A stretch of 64,000 nt of DNA, taken from contig NW_025963868.1 in the NCBI RefSeq assembly GCF_023055435.1, positions 13,578,001 to 13,642,000 of the forward strand. The letters run 5' to 3'. The position numbers and the translations under genes are program-made. The notes below the pieces were generated by a model. That model did not search any database. It was not told the DNA's origin and saw only the letters and a list, made by a program, of their open reading frames with translations. The stretch is from Haliotis rufescens (lineage: Eukaryota). Numbering within the stretch: the stretch's first letter is position 1; every line of letters begins with the position of its first letter. Shown in pieces: positions 1 through 12,625 of the stretch.

Positions 1-533
1 GACTGATTCACAGTAAAACCCTTACCATACGGTTCCGACTATTTCATGAGCATGTGTTTATGTATCACTATCAAAATAATAATGACACCAGATGTACACG
101 AAAAGATGAGCGCATACTGTCACGAACCATCCGTCACGAACACATGCAAAGGCAAGTCAATTGTTCATCTAAAACAACACACATAATTCATTCAGTTTCT
201 GAACTGTAAAAATCCTACTTCATCAAAAGTATTTTTGAAATATAATTATTATCTAAATAAATCTTCGTCGTAGTATGTGTTTTGGGTCTACCTTTCACTC
301 TGCTGTAACTGCTGCACAGGGAAGTTCAGGTCGGGGTTCGGCTTTGTTTTTATTCAAAACTGCATACAGCTCCTTGTCAACATCAGGCTCATCTGTCCCT
401 GCAGGTGTGTCCACGCAACGATGTTCTGACAGTTAACCTAATTCAGGTTAAGCATGTTCACCCTGGCTTGCCCTCCAGGCATCTCAGGAGGACCAACATC
501 TTTTAATGGGTGTTGTCGCCCTCCACAGATAGC

Positions 534-2367
534 TCACACAGTGTACATGATAATCAGGAGGAGTATCAGAAAGGAAATTCTGACAACAATGGTTGTAGCC
601 TCAGCACTGAGGTTGGTGTCTGTACTTGCAGTGGTTGCAGATGTTTCAACACCGGAGGCACCTGGAGGATGTTTAATCGAACACATGGTAAGTCACAATA
701 ATTATAGTTATAATGTGCATATTTGTAAAACACCAAATCAACCCTCAATCAAGTTAACAGTCGCATTGCTATCTCATCATACAGTGAGGAGGGGGGCGGT
801 CGAGTAGCCTAGTGGCTAAAGCGTTCGCTCGTCGAAGACCCGGGTTCAAACCCCGACATGGGTACAATGTGTGAGGCCCATTTCTGGTGTCCCCCGCCGT
901 GATATTCCTGGAATATTGTTAAAAGCGGCGTGAAAAGATACTCACTCACCCACTCACTCATCCTACAGGGTAGCCATTCACTGATGAGTTAAGAGAGGTA
1001 ACATTCTTCAACATCTCAGTCATACTATGACTGCAGTAGCTACAATACTTAATACAGGACAAGTAAGGAGAAGCATAATGGTATTATCACTCATCAAGTA
1101 CAGCGATATCTGGAATAACATAAGGTTATCAGTGTGTTAAATGTGGATATAGTTTTACTTACGTTTGAGAAGGTGTTCTGCTCCATCACAAGAAACATCC
1201 CAGGTCCGAGTGCCACAGGTAAACCTAAGCTTCACATCAGCAAAGATTAGCTCTGTTACACTGACGGAAGTGACAAACACATCATCAGTTATGTCAGTGA
1301 CAGTTGTATCCATCAGATTTCTTGCGGTGCGTCCGGTCAGAAGTTGAAGGTGGGTCACTTGAGAACAGTAATAGCCTGTAACCACTGTCCGCACAAGGAC
1401 GTCATCGCCACTTAGACCACTGGTGTTCTGGTCTGATGTTATGTTACATGAAGGAGCCTCTGAAAGTCAACCACACACCTTAAAACCTATTCTTCGTGTT
1501 ATAATCATAAAATAATGTGTGAAATATTAAACTTGATGCAGAAATGATAGGTATTCAGTGTTATTCCTTTTTTTCACATAAGGAAAAAGACATGTTACAC
1601 AGAATGTACTTCATAAGTATTCTTCAGTGAAAATAACTAATTGCTACTTACTTGCAACAGTCATGTGACAAGTGTCATGGTTAGCTTGATTTGCATCTAC
1701 ACTACATGTCCATTTCCCACCATGTGACTGCAGCACAGTGGGTATAGACAGGACACTGCATGTGGTGTTGATGACAGATGCGCTGAAGTCACCAAGTTGT
1801 ATACACTTTCCATCTGATAGGTCACACGAAGCAGCAGTATTTCCACGAGGTGTTGAGTAGGAATGGGCGTTACTGACATGCATAATATTACATGTCAGAT
1901 TTGCAGGGGCGCCTAATTCGACGACTTCTTCACAGAAGAGATCAGCTGTAAATGTGACAATACAATGGCGTCAGTGATTTCGTCAGGAATACCTTGCAGG
2001 TCAAGTTTAGAAGTATGTATAATGTGAAAAAATGTAAGGAAGCAAGGAGCACCGTTATCAACAGTGACAGAGGAGTTACTTTCATCTGGAGTACAGGTGA
2101 TTAGCTCTAAGATACTTGCCTTTAATGAACGGCATCCTCAAGCAGAATAGGAACAAGACAAGAACTATTGCTGCATGTGGACATGACCTTCTCACAAGTA
2201 GCAACTGAAAATATTGCACCAAGAAATGCTGCAATTATTATGCAGATATAAAACGAATTAACATCATAACAATCATTTGAAAAACCATTAAAGGTGTGTC
2301 GTGGAAGTGCAGTTTTCAATGTCTTAATAGTTTTTGGATTAAATAAGTAACAAATACAACTTACCAT
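534..2367 (-). pseudogene. Ig-like type-I membrane receptor, copy 1; truncated just after the TM segment (pseudogene or tailless form)
   Basis: Exons 2367-2365 (ATG), 2204-2120 (signal peptide LLLVRRSCPHAAIVLVLFLFCLRMPFIK, GC donor), 1945-1652 (Ig-like: ANLTC...SVLSIPTVLQSHGGKWTC), 1459-1163 (PSCNITS..GYYCS..FTCG..VSC), 661-534 (S/T stalk + hydrophobic segment, then TGA). All junction phases are compatible. Decayed tail sequence continues to 295. Confidence 0.8.
790..960 (+). mobile_element. SINE family A (tRNA-derived, ~170 bp, (ACTC)n tail)
   Basis: A-box TAGCCTAGTGG, B-box GGTTCAAACCC, ACTC tail. Other copies at ~11037-11205(+), 17310-17462(-), 19628-19783(-), 33234-33376(-), 35905-36056(-), 42730-42898(+), 59368-59448(+, 5'-truncated), 59615-59775(+). 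Confidence 0.88.
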
Positions 2368-5300
2368 TCCTGTACGATAGTTGAATCTTCAGAGACACGT
2401 CATGATGCTGACAACCCGAACTCCGCATGTGTTGAATACGCGGGTTTCATCAAAGCATACATCAACAGAAACCATACTGAATATATATATTTGGAGCCTT
2501 GTGAAAGTGTGTTCAAAATAAGTCAGTTTCCTGCACTATTATTACCATCTAACAATGTCAGTTTGACTCAATACAAAATAACCCAATGCGTTGCTTCGTG
2601 ATAAGTTTCCCGCTGGGTGCGAATGATAACACACTCCTCTGTTATATGCTACATGAGATGTCGGTTATGTTTTATTCATCTAAATGAGTCCACAGGAAAT
2701 GGAAAATACTTTTTTAGCCTGGCAAATCCAACTTCCGTCATTATTACACTATTTGAATATATAAAAGAATACCTTCAGAATGAACGTGAAAAAACGTGGA
2801 GTCAGCAAGTTTAAAATGTTAGCCCCTTTTTTCTCTGGATATTGTTCAAGAGGGAATGTTCAAGTGCCATCACACTGACGAGCTTGGTAACCCGCTGTCT
2901 ATATATTTTTTTACATATTCTTGTCTCTATACAATAAGATCTATCAAGACACCCATAAAACAACTTTACGTGTAGCAAGTACATTAACTTAATGTTGCAT
3001 ATTTTACAAGGCAAATGAGCATGAAATATGAAATTGCATATTCAGTATGTGTACAATATAAGAGAGACTACATTCCACATTCCATTGCACTTTTTTAAAT
3101 CAGTGTGAAGACCCTGTAGCCAGTTTCCTGTGTGAAACTAAAACGTTGCTCTGGTGTTATTAAAGTGTCCGTTAAAATAATAAACAACAACAAAAACGTT
3201 CGCTTAACCGTAATAATCATTTTTATGACATGATGAACGAAAACGAACCTAGAAACATAATCGAGACGAACCGGGATCCGAACCCACAATTATAGGTTTC
3301 TTGATTTCCCGCCGAACCAGATATTCCAGTGACTCGATAACGCATGTACTGATTTTGTTGAAACAAATAAAAACATGTTTATTTTGAATTGCGTCTGCTG
3401 TGTACAAATGCAGAGATTCTGCTGCTTACAATTAAAAAAATCGTTTAAGAAATAAATAGAGGGGGATGGGATGGGGCGGGGGTAGGTTTTCTTTGGTAGT
3501 TGACTCAACATACATAACTCTACTGAATTTCATTACACCTCAACCCGACTTCCTTGTGTATACAGTCATGATGAGGGCATGAAGCTGAACCTAACACCAG
3601 CCTTCCGTGTCCACGGGAGATTTGCAAAACAATTTCCTTGTTGGACACATTAAGCAAGTAGCGAATTTGTTTCACAAATGGTAATCAAAGCTAGCTGCCC
3701 TGAAAGTGAAATATGAACTTCAGCAAGCAAAAAGTGGTTAAAACAATAATAATATAATGTTTTTATGTACTGTTTTCCACACGGTATAATGTATCATAGC
3801 AAACGGCTCAGACTAGTGTTGAGACGGGTTCTTATTATACTGTAATATATCCATGTCAAAGTGTTTTTGTCAATGCAACACAAGTGATACTAACTTCACC
3901 TTTTACGATTAGACTCTAACTTGAGGGAAACAAACCCAGAGCATAACTCTTGTGTGTGTTCTCCCTTCACAAACATGAAACCAGTTCCAGAACAATGTAT
4001 AGGTACGAGTAAACTGCGCGTGAAATAGCAGCTATATCTCACTGTACTGTATCGCTCCTAATCTTATCAACACAAACTAAATAATATAACAGTACATTCA
4101 TGATCAATTCCCTTAATTTGACAGCTGATGGGACCAATTGTATATTTTCAAAGTGTGTCACGAAGCATTTGTACTGCTGAATCTAAATGCTGTTATTGTG
4201 GTGGTGACAACAGTGCTCACTCACTCACAACAATGAAGGACACTAATTGTGTGTAAAATATATTTCCATTGCTTTTCCTTAAAGTGGACAGGCAACAACT
4301 GAACAGGAGATCGTGTTCATGTCGGGTGTTCGAATATCTGATCCAATCTTTTTCATTTCCTGGCAGTTCTAAATTACAATTACCGACTCCATGAAAGGCA
4401 TCTGCACGGAGAGCTGAAGGTCGGGGGTTCGAAAGATAGTTAAAAGATGGTACTTGTTGTTACCCTGCCTGAAGCTCGGCATTAAGGGGCTGAAACAAGG
4501 ACTGGTCGCCTCGGAGTAGTATGTGTTCAACACAATGAATCAAAACGAGAAACAGTAAGACATATCTACGCAGAAATATATTTACGACGAGAGATATAAT
4601 GTGTATTGCATCATACATGCTTCTCCAATGGCATTGTAAATAAGTGACACCGTCAATAGTACAAGTGTTGTGTGGCACCGCTGCACTGCTACTATGTCGG
4701 GTAATGGGGAACGAAAGAATAAATACACACCCTCGAGCAGTTTCCCTGACAGTGATCCGTAGCTATAAATGTGACATTCAGGACTGTTTGAAATATATAG
4801 TTTCACCACGTGACCTGCGATTTCCTTGCAAACAATCTTTAATTATGGATTTTCATCATTCAGCGAGAATAATCATATAGTTTGTACATGTGCATGGAAA
4901 TATATGTCATCCTATGTTTTTGGCTTCAACGAACAAGTTGACGATTTACTTATTACTGGGAATTTCACTAGACAACTTCGACTGATGCTTTTGATCAAAG
5001 TTGGTTTGGATGGTATTTTTATTATATCAGCGTGTGCATGTTTACAGCGTGCGTTAAAATTAATCGTCGCAACATCTTCATTTCATCCATATAGCGACGC
5101 CTGCTAATTAGGTGGCAAAAAATACCACAGATAATCCCAAGAATACGAATATACTGCTTCTGACACAGACATTAATATGACATCACAATTTCCTATTTTC
5201 TGAATACAGCATCCAAGTCATGCTGTTAAACCATGCTGTCAAAATCATTTCAGAGACATTCTGTGTGTAAGTTCAAATTTAACATTGTAAAAACAGCATC

Positions 5301-6443
5301 ATTTCATTCACAGAGCGTTGTCAACTTAGATGACAACAGGAGTAGCAGAGGCAATCCTACGGCTATTGGCATTCTGCTACAAAAAGGAGCAACGTGATGT
5401 CCTGGCAGAAAAGAGATTCAGTTCAGTTTTAGATATTATCCTTCCAAGTATCAACTCCTCAATAACATCAACAAACCTGAAATCTTGAAACCTGAATTGA
5501 GATACGAAAGCTGATTTATTCCGTCAGAATGAAAATTCAGGGCGGGCGGGAGATTGGAAACTCAGAAAAAATACGGACAGCCTTAGTGGTACCCTATTAT
5601 CAATAACGCCGCACTCAGCAATATTCCAGCTATATGTCGGCGGTCTGTATATAATCGAGTCTGGACCAGACAATTCAGTGATTAATATCATAAGCATCGA
5701 TCCACGCAATTTGGATCGATGACATGCATCAACCAAGTCAGCGATCCTGACCACCCGATCCCGTTAGTCGCCTTTTCCGGCAAGCATGGGTTGCTGAAGA
5801 CCTATTCTACCGTGGAATCTTCACGGGTCTCAAGGCGGATTTGCTGATTTTTTGGTGCCATGAATATCATTAGGGTGCTCTTATGCATGGAAATGAATAC
5901 CGGAAATTGGTTTATCCTTCATCTTGATTGGCGCCGTGTTATTCCCTATTGTATATCAGTACTTCCTTTGTTGATACCACATATTCGATTTTGAGATGTC
6001 AGTAAATCGAATATGAGATATAACAAAATGAAGTTTTGATATTACAAAGTCGATGTTTGTTCATCGTTAACTAATTTTACACACACAAAAGCGAAACGTA
6101 TTATTGGTATTAAGAAATCGAATTTGTGACATCAATAATGTACGTCTTGCAGGCATTTATTTTACGGATGCATTTTATTGTGCGGATGTTTGAGCAAAGA
6201 CGAAAAGGTTTCAATACGTCGTGCCACGTTCTTTGAAGTGGTGAGGATTTTCTCTGAACATAATAAAAAGCGAATCAAGATAATATTTAAGATAATTGGA
6301 GACAAACTATCAAGTACAAAATACCTTTCTAAGTTCTATATAAACACACAGAGCAAACAAACTCATACTCTGTCAAAACTTGAACCCATAACGCGGCTCT
6401 AAAATCTACCCGGTTGGTCGCGGGGTAAGGGAGGTAACCATGT

Positions 6444-6475
6444 GGGCAAATTCCCTGTTTCCGGGGAAAATCCCC
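6444..6475. promoter_or_regulatory. Paired NF-kB/Rel-type sites (copy 1)
   Basis: GGGCAAATTCCC (6444-6455) and GGGGAAAATCCCC (6463-6475) in a GC/CpG-richer patch, just upstream of a candidate donor CAG|GTGAAT at 6514/6515. Confidence 0.55.
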
Positions 6476-7471
6476 GTCGTTTCCGCATCACGAGCTCACG
6501 CGCTACTCCGGCAGGTGAATCATATATCATAATTTCTACATTCTGGTCGTTCTAAGGCACCAATATTTGGACTGTCAAACTCGTTTCGTCCAAAACATCG
6601 TGTGTAGCTTTTTAACTGTGTTATATGCATGTTTGTATGACGATAAGACCCAAGGTCAAACCACGCTGTCTGTACAGGACTGCATCAAGTACGTTATTAT
6701 CGCCTCTCGTTGAAGTGCCTAATGAATACTACAGCCAGCTTGTGTTTTATTCATATACACTGTGTTCTTAGTGCAGACTAAACTACTCTCGAAATATACA
6801 GCCGCCCTACCTGAACATTGTCTTTCGCACATATTGAAAAGAGCCGCTGTAAAATCATAAGTGACGGGTAAGGGAGGCAATCAGCATTGTCTCCCTGCTT
6901 CCTATCGTTTCTTCTTGGTTACTGAATGACTTTGTTTTGTTGTTAACGTCGCACTCAGCAATATTCCAGCTATATGACGGCTGTCTGTAAATAATCGAGC
7001 CTAATCCAGACAATTCAGTGATTGATATCATGAGCATCGATCCACGCAGTTGGGATACGATGACATGCATTAAGCAAGTCGGCGGGCATCAAAGTAGGAA
7101 TATTTTGTGCAAAAAATAAATGTTTATTTTCTTGATATGACGTCTCTTTATTCATGTATTAGGTACATCATGAAATCTACATATTATGTTTTCAAATAAT
7201 TGTGTAAGTCACACAGATGAGGAGAATCACTATTATAAGTTAGTATCAGTCAATAGCATATATGAAACTGGGTACTGAAAATCAGATGGTTATAGATTAT
7301 GTATGAAATTAGGAGAAATTATTCTGTTGAATTAATAATTATGATTAATTCCAAACAATGAAAGGAAATGTTTGCACAATTTACGCATCGAATACCCTTA
7401 ATCAACGAAGCGCAAACCTACCCTCAAGTACAGCTAAGAAATAATATTTATTTTAAAAGTGTCTTTTACAG

Positions 7472-7522
7472 ATATTCCACAAGCGATTCGAAGGCAGAAG
7501 ATGGAGATTCGACATTGCACAG
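7472..7522 (+). pseudogene. Orphan duplicate of the candidate ATG exon (MEIRHCT) of the STAND-ankyrin gene
   Basis: TTTTACAG|ATATTCC...GAAG ATG GAG ATT CGA CAT TGC ACA G|GTAGCA, same layout as 18031-18081; no downstream NTPase exon in this copy. Confidence 0.4.
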
Positions 7523-7561
7523 GTAGCACACATGACGGCATTCAATACACACAGCATTCGT

Positions 7562-7666
7562 ATAGGGAGTATTACGTGACGTCATACTTACAGAGGGTAT
7601 TACGTGACGTCATACTTAGAGGTATTACTTGATGTCATATTATAGGGAGTATTACGTGATGTCATC
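7562..7666. repeat. Short tandem array of ~27-bp units containing TTACGTGACGTCA (CRE-like)
   Basis: Four units G(A)GTATTACGTGA(C/T)GTCATA; three units at 18120-18200 in copy 2. Confidence 0.75.
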
Positions 7667-8959
7667 AAATTCAGTATGACTGTAATTGATTTATTACCAA
7701 CGCTTTGTCATAAATTGGAGAGATAACTATTATTATTGATTTTATGATGAAATGCTGTATTTACATGAAAACATATGATCGATATTTCACTCCAGTGAAA
7801 TAACACGTCTATTCACTTGAGTGAAATAACTCTTAATGCCGCATCTACTTTCGGCCTGCCTCAATGAAACTAAGGTTTTCAGCGAAACACCGTAAAGGTC
7901 TGAAGGAAAATACGTAATAAATAGAACATTTGTATTTTCTTGTGAAAAAAGATGAGCTGATGCTTGCAAAGAATAGACGAATGGTTCTCTCAAAATATGT
8001 GAACATGTAAAATCTTAATTTTGCTTTGTTTGCATTCAATTTTCAATGCAGTTTTCCGAATACAGCGTTCGTTCTCACACAATCCATAAGATGCAGATGT
8101 CATTTTCATAACGAGGATTTAGGGTAGATACAAGTTAGACATTTTTCAACTTCGTTTCCGTCATTATTTCTCAGTAATCGTTGCTCAAGACCTAAGTGCT
8201 TTGTGTATACTGTCTTCATTTGTCTGATATATCATGCAGATACTGACACTGTACAAATATGTATTAATCCCAACACATTCCATAATGGTCTAAAACTGTT
8301 ATGTTTCAATCATTAGGATTAAATATACATACTAGAGTTAAATAATTAAGTTACGTGTGGATATGGTCTGAGTGATCTGAGGTGAAGCTATGTGCTGTGC
8401 ACATAGTAGTGTAAGGATCTGCTGATTGTGCTTTTGTGCCACTTTTGTTTGTTTTGGTACATCATTTAAGAATAACTTCCATATGATAAATACGTTATCA
8501 ACAAATAACTTGTGCTGCTTTATATTTTGTGAGGAGTCTATGTATCTCATCATCAGATATAAGTCACAGAAATGTAAACGAGTGGGAAACGGGCAGAGTT
8601 TCAGTACGTTACAAGTTAACCTCCGAATAATTACGTACGGAAATAATGAGTGAAACGCGACAAAAAACACAACAGGATGATATTATTTAATAATTTTATT
8701 AAAGCAGTGACTCAAAAGCAGATACAATGTCAATTTATCAGATGATACAGAACTATAGGAACATCAAGTCTTATATCTTATCTTATATTAAGAAAAGGAA
8801 AATACGAACTGTTTTGTTTTTGTCGCACCAATTTGAGGCTGGACAACCGGGTATAGGCATATATACAGCATTTATACAACAAACGGTCGGGACTTAAAAA
8901 TAAATTCGTTATACAGGTCAGTTCGTTATAGGCGTGTTCGTTATAAACGTACTTTACTG

Positions 8960-9605
8960 TACTTGACTCAAGGCCAACACATTATGTTCAACACAATGAA
9001 TCAAAACGAGGCACAGTTAGAAAAGTTCAAACAGAGGAACCATAGTTTCGCTTAAGAAGAGCTTTGATGTGTATGATAATACACATGCCTCTTTAATTGT
9101 TTTGTGAATAGTGGCATTGTCATACGAGTGTAATGTGGACACAACTGCATTGCAATTGTGTCGGGTAATTAGGAAAAGAAAAGACAAAAATGCACATCTG
9201 GATCAGTTTCCTTAACACTGATATAGCTAGAAGTTCACATTGAAAAATGTTTGAAATATGAAGTTTCACCATGTGACCGGCGACTTCCTTGTAAATAATG
9301 TTTAATTCTGGTTATAGTCATTCAGCGAGAATAGTCAACTAATGTATGAACATGACCATAAAAATATGTTTTCTGGTTTAAGGAACATTTTGAATCCTGA
9401 GTGAGTGAGTAAAAATTTAACATATCATCATTTCATCCATACAGAGATGTCTACTCAGATGGCAACAGAGAGTGGTAGAAGCAGCCTGACAGGTATGGAC
9501 ATACTGATACAAACAAAGGATAAACGTGACGTCCTGTGTGAAAAAAGAATTATTATCCTGCAACATATCAGCTCCCCAATTACATCAACAAACCTGAAAC
9601 ATTTC
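8960..9605 (+). repeat. Older diverged paralog of ~4520-5480 / ~14905-15860
   Basis: Shared blocks TGTTCAACACAATGAATCAAAACGAG, GTTTCACCA.GTGAC..GCGA.TTCCTTG, TCATTCAGCGAGAATA and ACATCAACAAACCTGAAA in the same order. Confidence 0.75.
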
Positions 9606-10351
9606 GTATACAACAGTAGGATATGCTTAACAGGTGATTGGACCTGCACCGTCATTGAATAACGTATGACGTAACAGTCTTCTACTACAATCAAATACGG
9701 TATTCGTGTCGCCATGCATTCTAAATCATTGTGAGACTGAAAATATACATAAACACATACTATCATCCATTATTTATTTGAATGAAATAAACATTTATAC
9801 ACACTTAAATGGATCCCTCCGCTAGATTTATATCAGCCTAGTGCATGTAAAAGGAACATCCTCGAAAAACTAGAAAGTTGTTCATAAACAAATCTTATTA
9901 CCGTGTGTTCTTAAATTAAAGAGCAGGACTGATTCACAGTAAAACCCTTACCATACTATTCTGCCAATATCATGAGCATGTGTTTATGGATCACTATCAA
10001 AATAATAATGACACCAGATGTTGACGAAAAGATGAGCGCATACTGTCACGAACCATCCGTCACGAACACATGCAAAGGCAAGCCAGTTGTTCATCTAAAA
10101 CAACACAGATAATTCATTCTGGTTCTGAAGTGTAAAAATCCAACTTCATCTAAAGTATTTTTGAAATATGATGATTATTTAAATAAATCTTCGTCGTAGT
10201 ATGGGTTTTTGGTCTACCTTTCACTCTGCTGTAACTGCTGCACAGGGAATTTCAGGTCGGGATTCGGCTTTGTGTTTATTCAAAACTTCATACATTCAGG
10301 CTCATCTGTTCCCGCAGGTGTGTCCACGCAACGATGTTCTGCCTGATAACC

Positions 10352-12625
10352 TCATTCAGGTTCAACATGTTCACCCTGGCTTGCCTTGCTATTGGGGATA
10401 AAGCAGATGAATGTCCCCAGGCGGTTACGTCGTCCTCTGATGTCTTTTAATGAAGCGTAACCATATTCGTCAGGAAGATCAGGCATCTCAGGAGGACCAA
10501 CATCTTTAACTGGGCGTTGTCGCCTCCGCAGATAGATGACAGTTGTCATGATAATCAGAAGGAGTATCAGAATGGGAATACTGACAACGATGGCTGTAGA
10601 CTCAGGGCTGAGGTTGGTGTCTGTACTTGCAGTGGTTGCAGATGTTTCCGCATCGGAGGCACCTGGGGGATGTTAAATCGAGCACATGGTAAGTCACAAT
10701 ATATATAGTTATAATTTGCATATTTGTAATACAACAATTCAACCCCTTAAAGCATGCACAAAGTGCTACCTTATTTCTGGCCAATAGAGATTCCCGCCTG
10801 CCCTTAATTTTCATTCCGACGCGGCGGAATACATAAGCTTTTGTGTCTCAATTTTCCCCGCCACTAGGGAAAAGTATGGCCTGTTGTGATAAATAAAACA
10901 CAACTACGATTGCATACTCATACTTGGTGAGGTTAACTTTTCTTCAACTGTGTAATAAAAAATCATTTTCGAAGCAAAGCGACACCATCTACGTCATATT
11001 TTTTAATTCTTATAACCGCCTGATATAGTTCCAAGAGTGGGGCGGTCGAGTAGCCTAGTGACTAAAGCGTTCGCTCGTCGAAGACCCGGGTTCGAACCCC
11101 GACGTGGGTACAATGTGTGAAGCCCATTTCTGGTGTCCCCCGCCGTGATATTGCTGGAACATTGTTAAAAGCGGCGTGAAACGATACTCACTCACCCACT
11201 CACTCATCCTACAGGGTACCCATTCACAGCTGAGTGAAGAGAGGTAACATTCTTCAACATCTCAGTCATACCATGACTGCAGTAGCTACAATACTTGATA
11301 CAGGGCAAGTAGGGATAAGCGTAATGGAATACTCATCAAGTATAGAGATATCTGGACTTTGTAATAACATAAGGTTATCAGTGTGTTGAATGTGGATATA
11401 GTTTTACTTACGTTTGGGAAGGTGTTCTGCTCCATCACAAGAAACATCCCAGGTCCGAGTGCCACAGGTAAACCTAAGCTTCACATCAGCAATGGTTAGT
11501 TCTGTTACACTGACGGAAGTGACAAACACGTCATCAGTTATGTTAGTGACAGTTGTATCCATCGGATTTGTTGCGGTGCGTCCGGTCAGAAGTTGAAGGT
11601 GGTTCACTTGAGAACAGTAATAGCCTGTAGCCACCACTGCCAGCACAAGGACGTCATCGCCACTTAGACCACTGGTGATCTGGTCTGATGTTATGTTACA
11701 TGATGGAACCTCTGAAAGTCAAACCACACACCTTAAAACCTATTCTTCGTGTTATAATCATAAATTAATGTGTGAAATATTAAACTTGATACAGAAATGA
11801 TAGGTATTCAGTGTTATTCCTTTTTTTTCACATAAGGAAAAAGACATGTTACACAGAATGTACTTCATAAGTATTCTTCAGTGAAAATAACTAATTGCTA
11901 CTTACTTGCAACAGTCATGTGACAAGTGTCATGGTTAGCTTGATTTGCATCTACACTACATGTCCATTTCCCACCATGTGACTGCAGCACACTGGGTATA
12001 GACAGGACACTGCATGTGGTGTTGATGACAGATGCGCTAAAGTCACCAAGTTGTATACACTTTCCATCTGATAGGTCACACGAAGCAGCAGTATGTCCAT
12101 GAGGTGTTGAGTAGGAATGGGCGTTATTGACATGCATAATATTACATGTCAGATTTGCAGGGGCGCCTAATTCGACGACTTCTTCGCAGAAGAGATCAGC
12201 TGTAAATGTGACAATACAATGGCGTCAGTGATTTCGTCAGGTATACCTTGCAGGTCAAGTTTAGAAGTATGTATAATGTGAAAAAATGTAAGGAAGCAAG
12301 GAGCACCGTTATCAACAGTGACAGAGGGGTTACTTTCATCTGGAGTACAGGTGATAAGCTCGACGATACTTGCCTTTAATGAACGGCATCCTCAAGCAGA
12401 ATAGGAACAAGACAGGAACTATTGCTGCATGTGGACACGACCTTCTCACTAGTAGCAACTGCAAATATTGCACCAAGAAATGCTGCAATTATTATGCAGA
12501 TATAAAACGAATTAACATCATAACAATTATGTGAAAAACCATTAAAGGTGTGTCGTGGAAGTGCAGTTTTCAATGTCTTAATAGTTTTAGGATTTTCCTA
12601 TACAGGAACAAATACAACTTACCAT
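10352..12625 (-). CDS. Ig-like type-I membrane receptor, copy 2 (~330 aa; signal peptide, Ig-like domain, second Cys domain, TM, tail with YGYASL)
   Basis: Exons 12625-12623, 12458-12374, 12199-11906, 11711-11412, 10662-10352; open frame throughout with phase-1 domain exons. TM AIVVSIPILILLLIIMTTVIYL is followed by RRRQR stop-transfer; tail PDEYGYASLKDI. The stop at 10352-10354 appears premature relative to the ancestral frame. Confidence 0.82.

Larger units (their letters stand above)
1..7945. repeat. Tandem segmental duplication, copy 1 (left edge lies outside the window)
   Basis: Position 1 GACTGATTCACAGTAAAACCCTTACCATAC recurs at 9927; sequence stays collinear (exons, introns, SINEs) until ATAGAACATTTGT.TTTTCTTGT at ~7943 / ~18395. 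Confidence 0.95.

Noticed and set aside
5524-5754. Recurrent short ORFs such as ...GPDSIIYRPP.YSWNIAECGV
   Set aside because: Chance translations of SINE-like family B, recurring wherever the repeat occurs.
10352-10354. Selenocysteine or readthrough at the receptor TGA
   Set aside because: The paralog has TTA here, and the downstream frame is broken by a deletion ~20 codons later.
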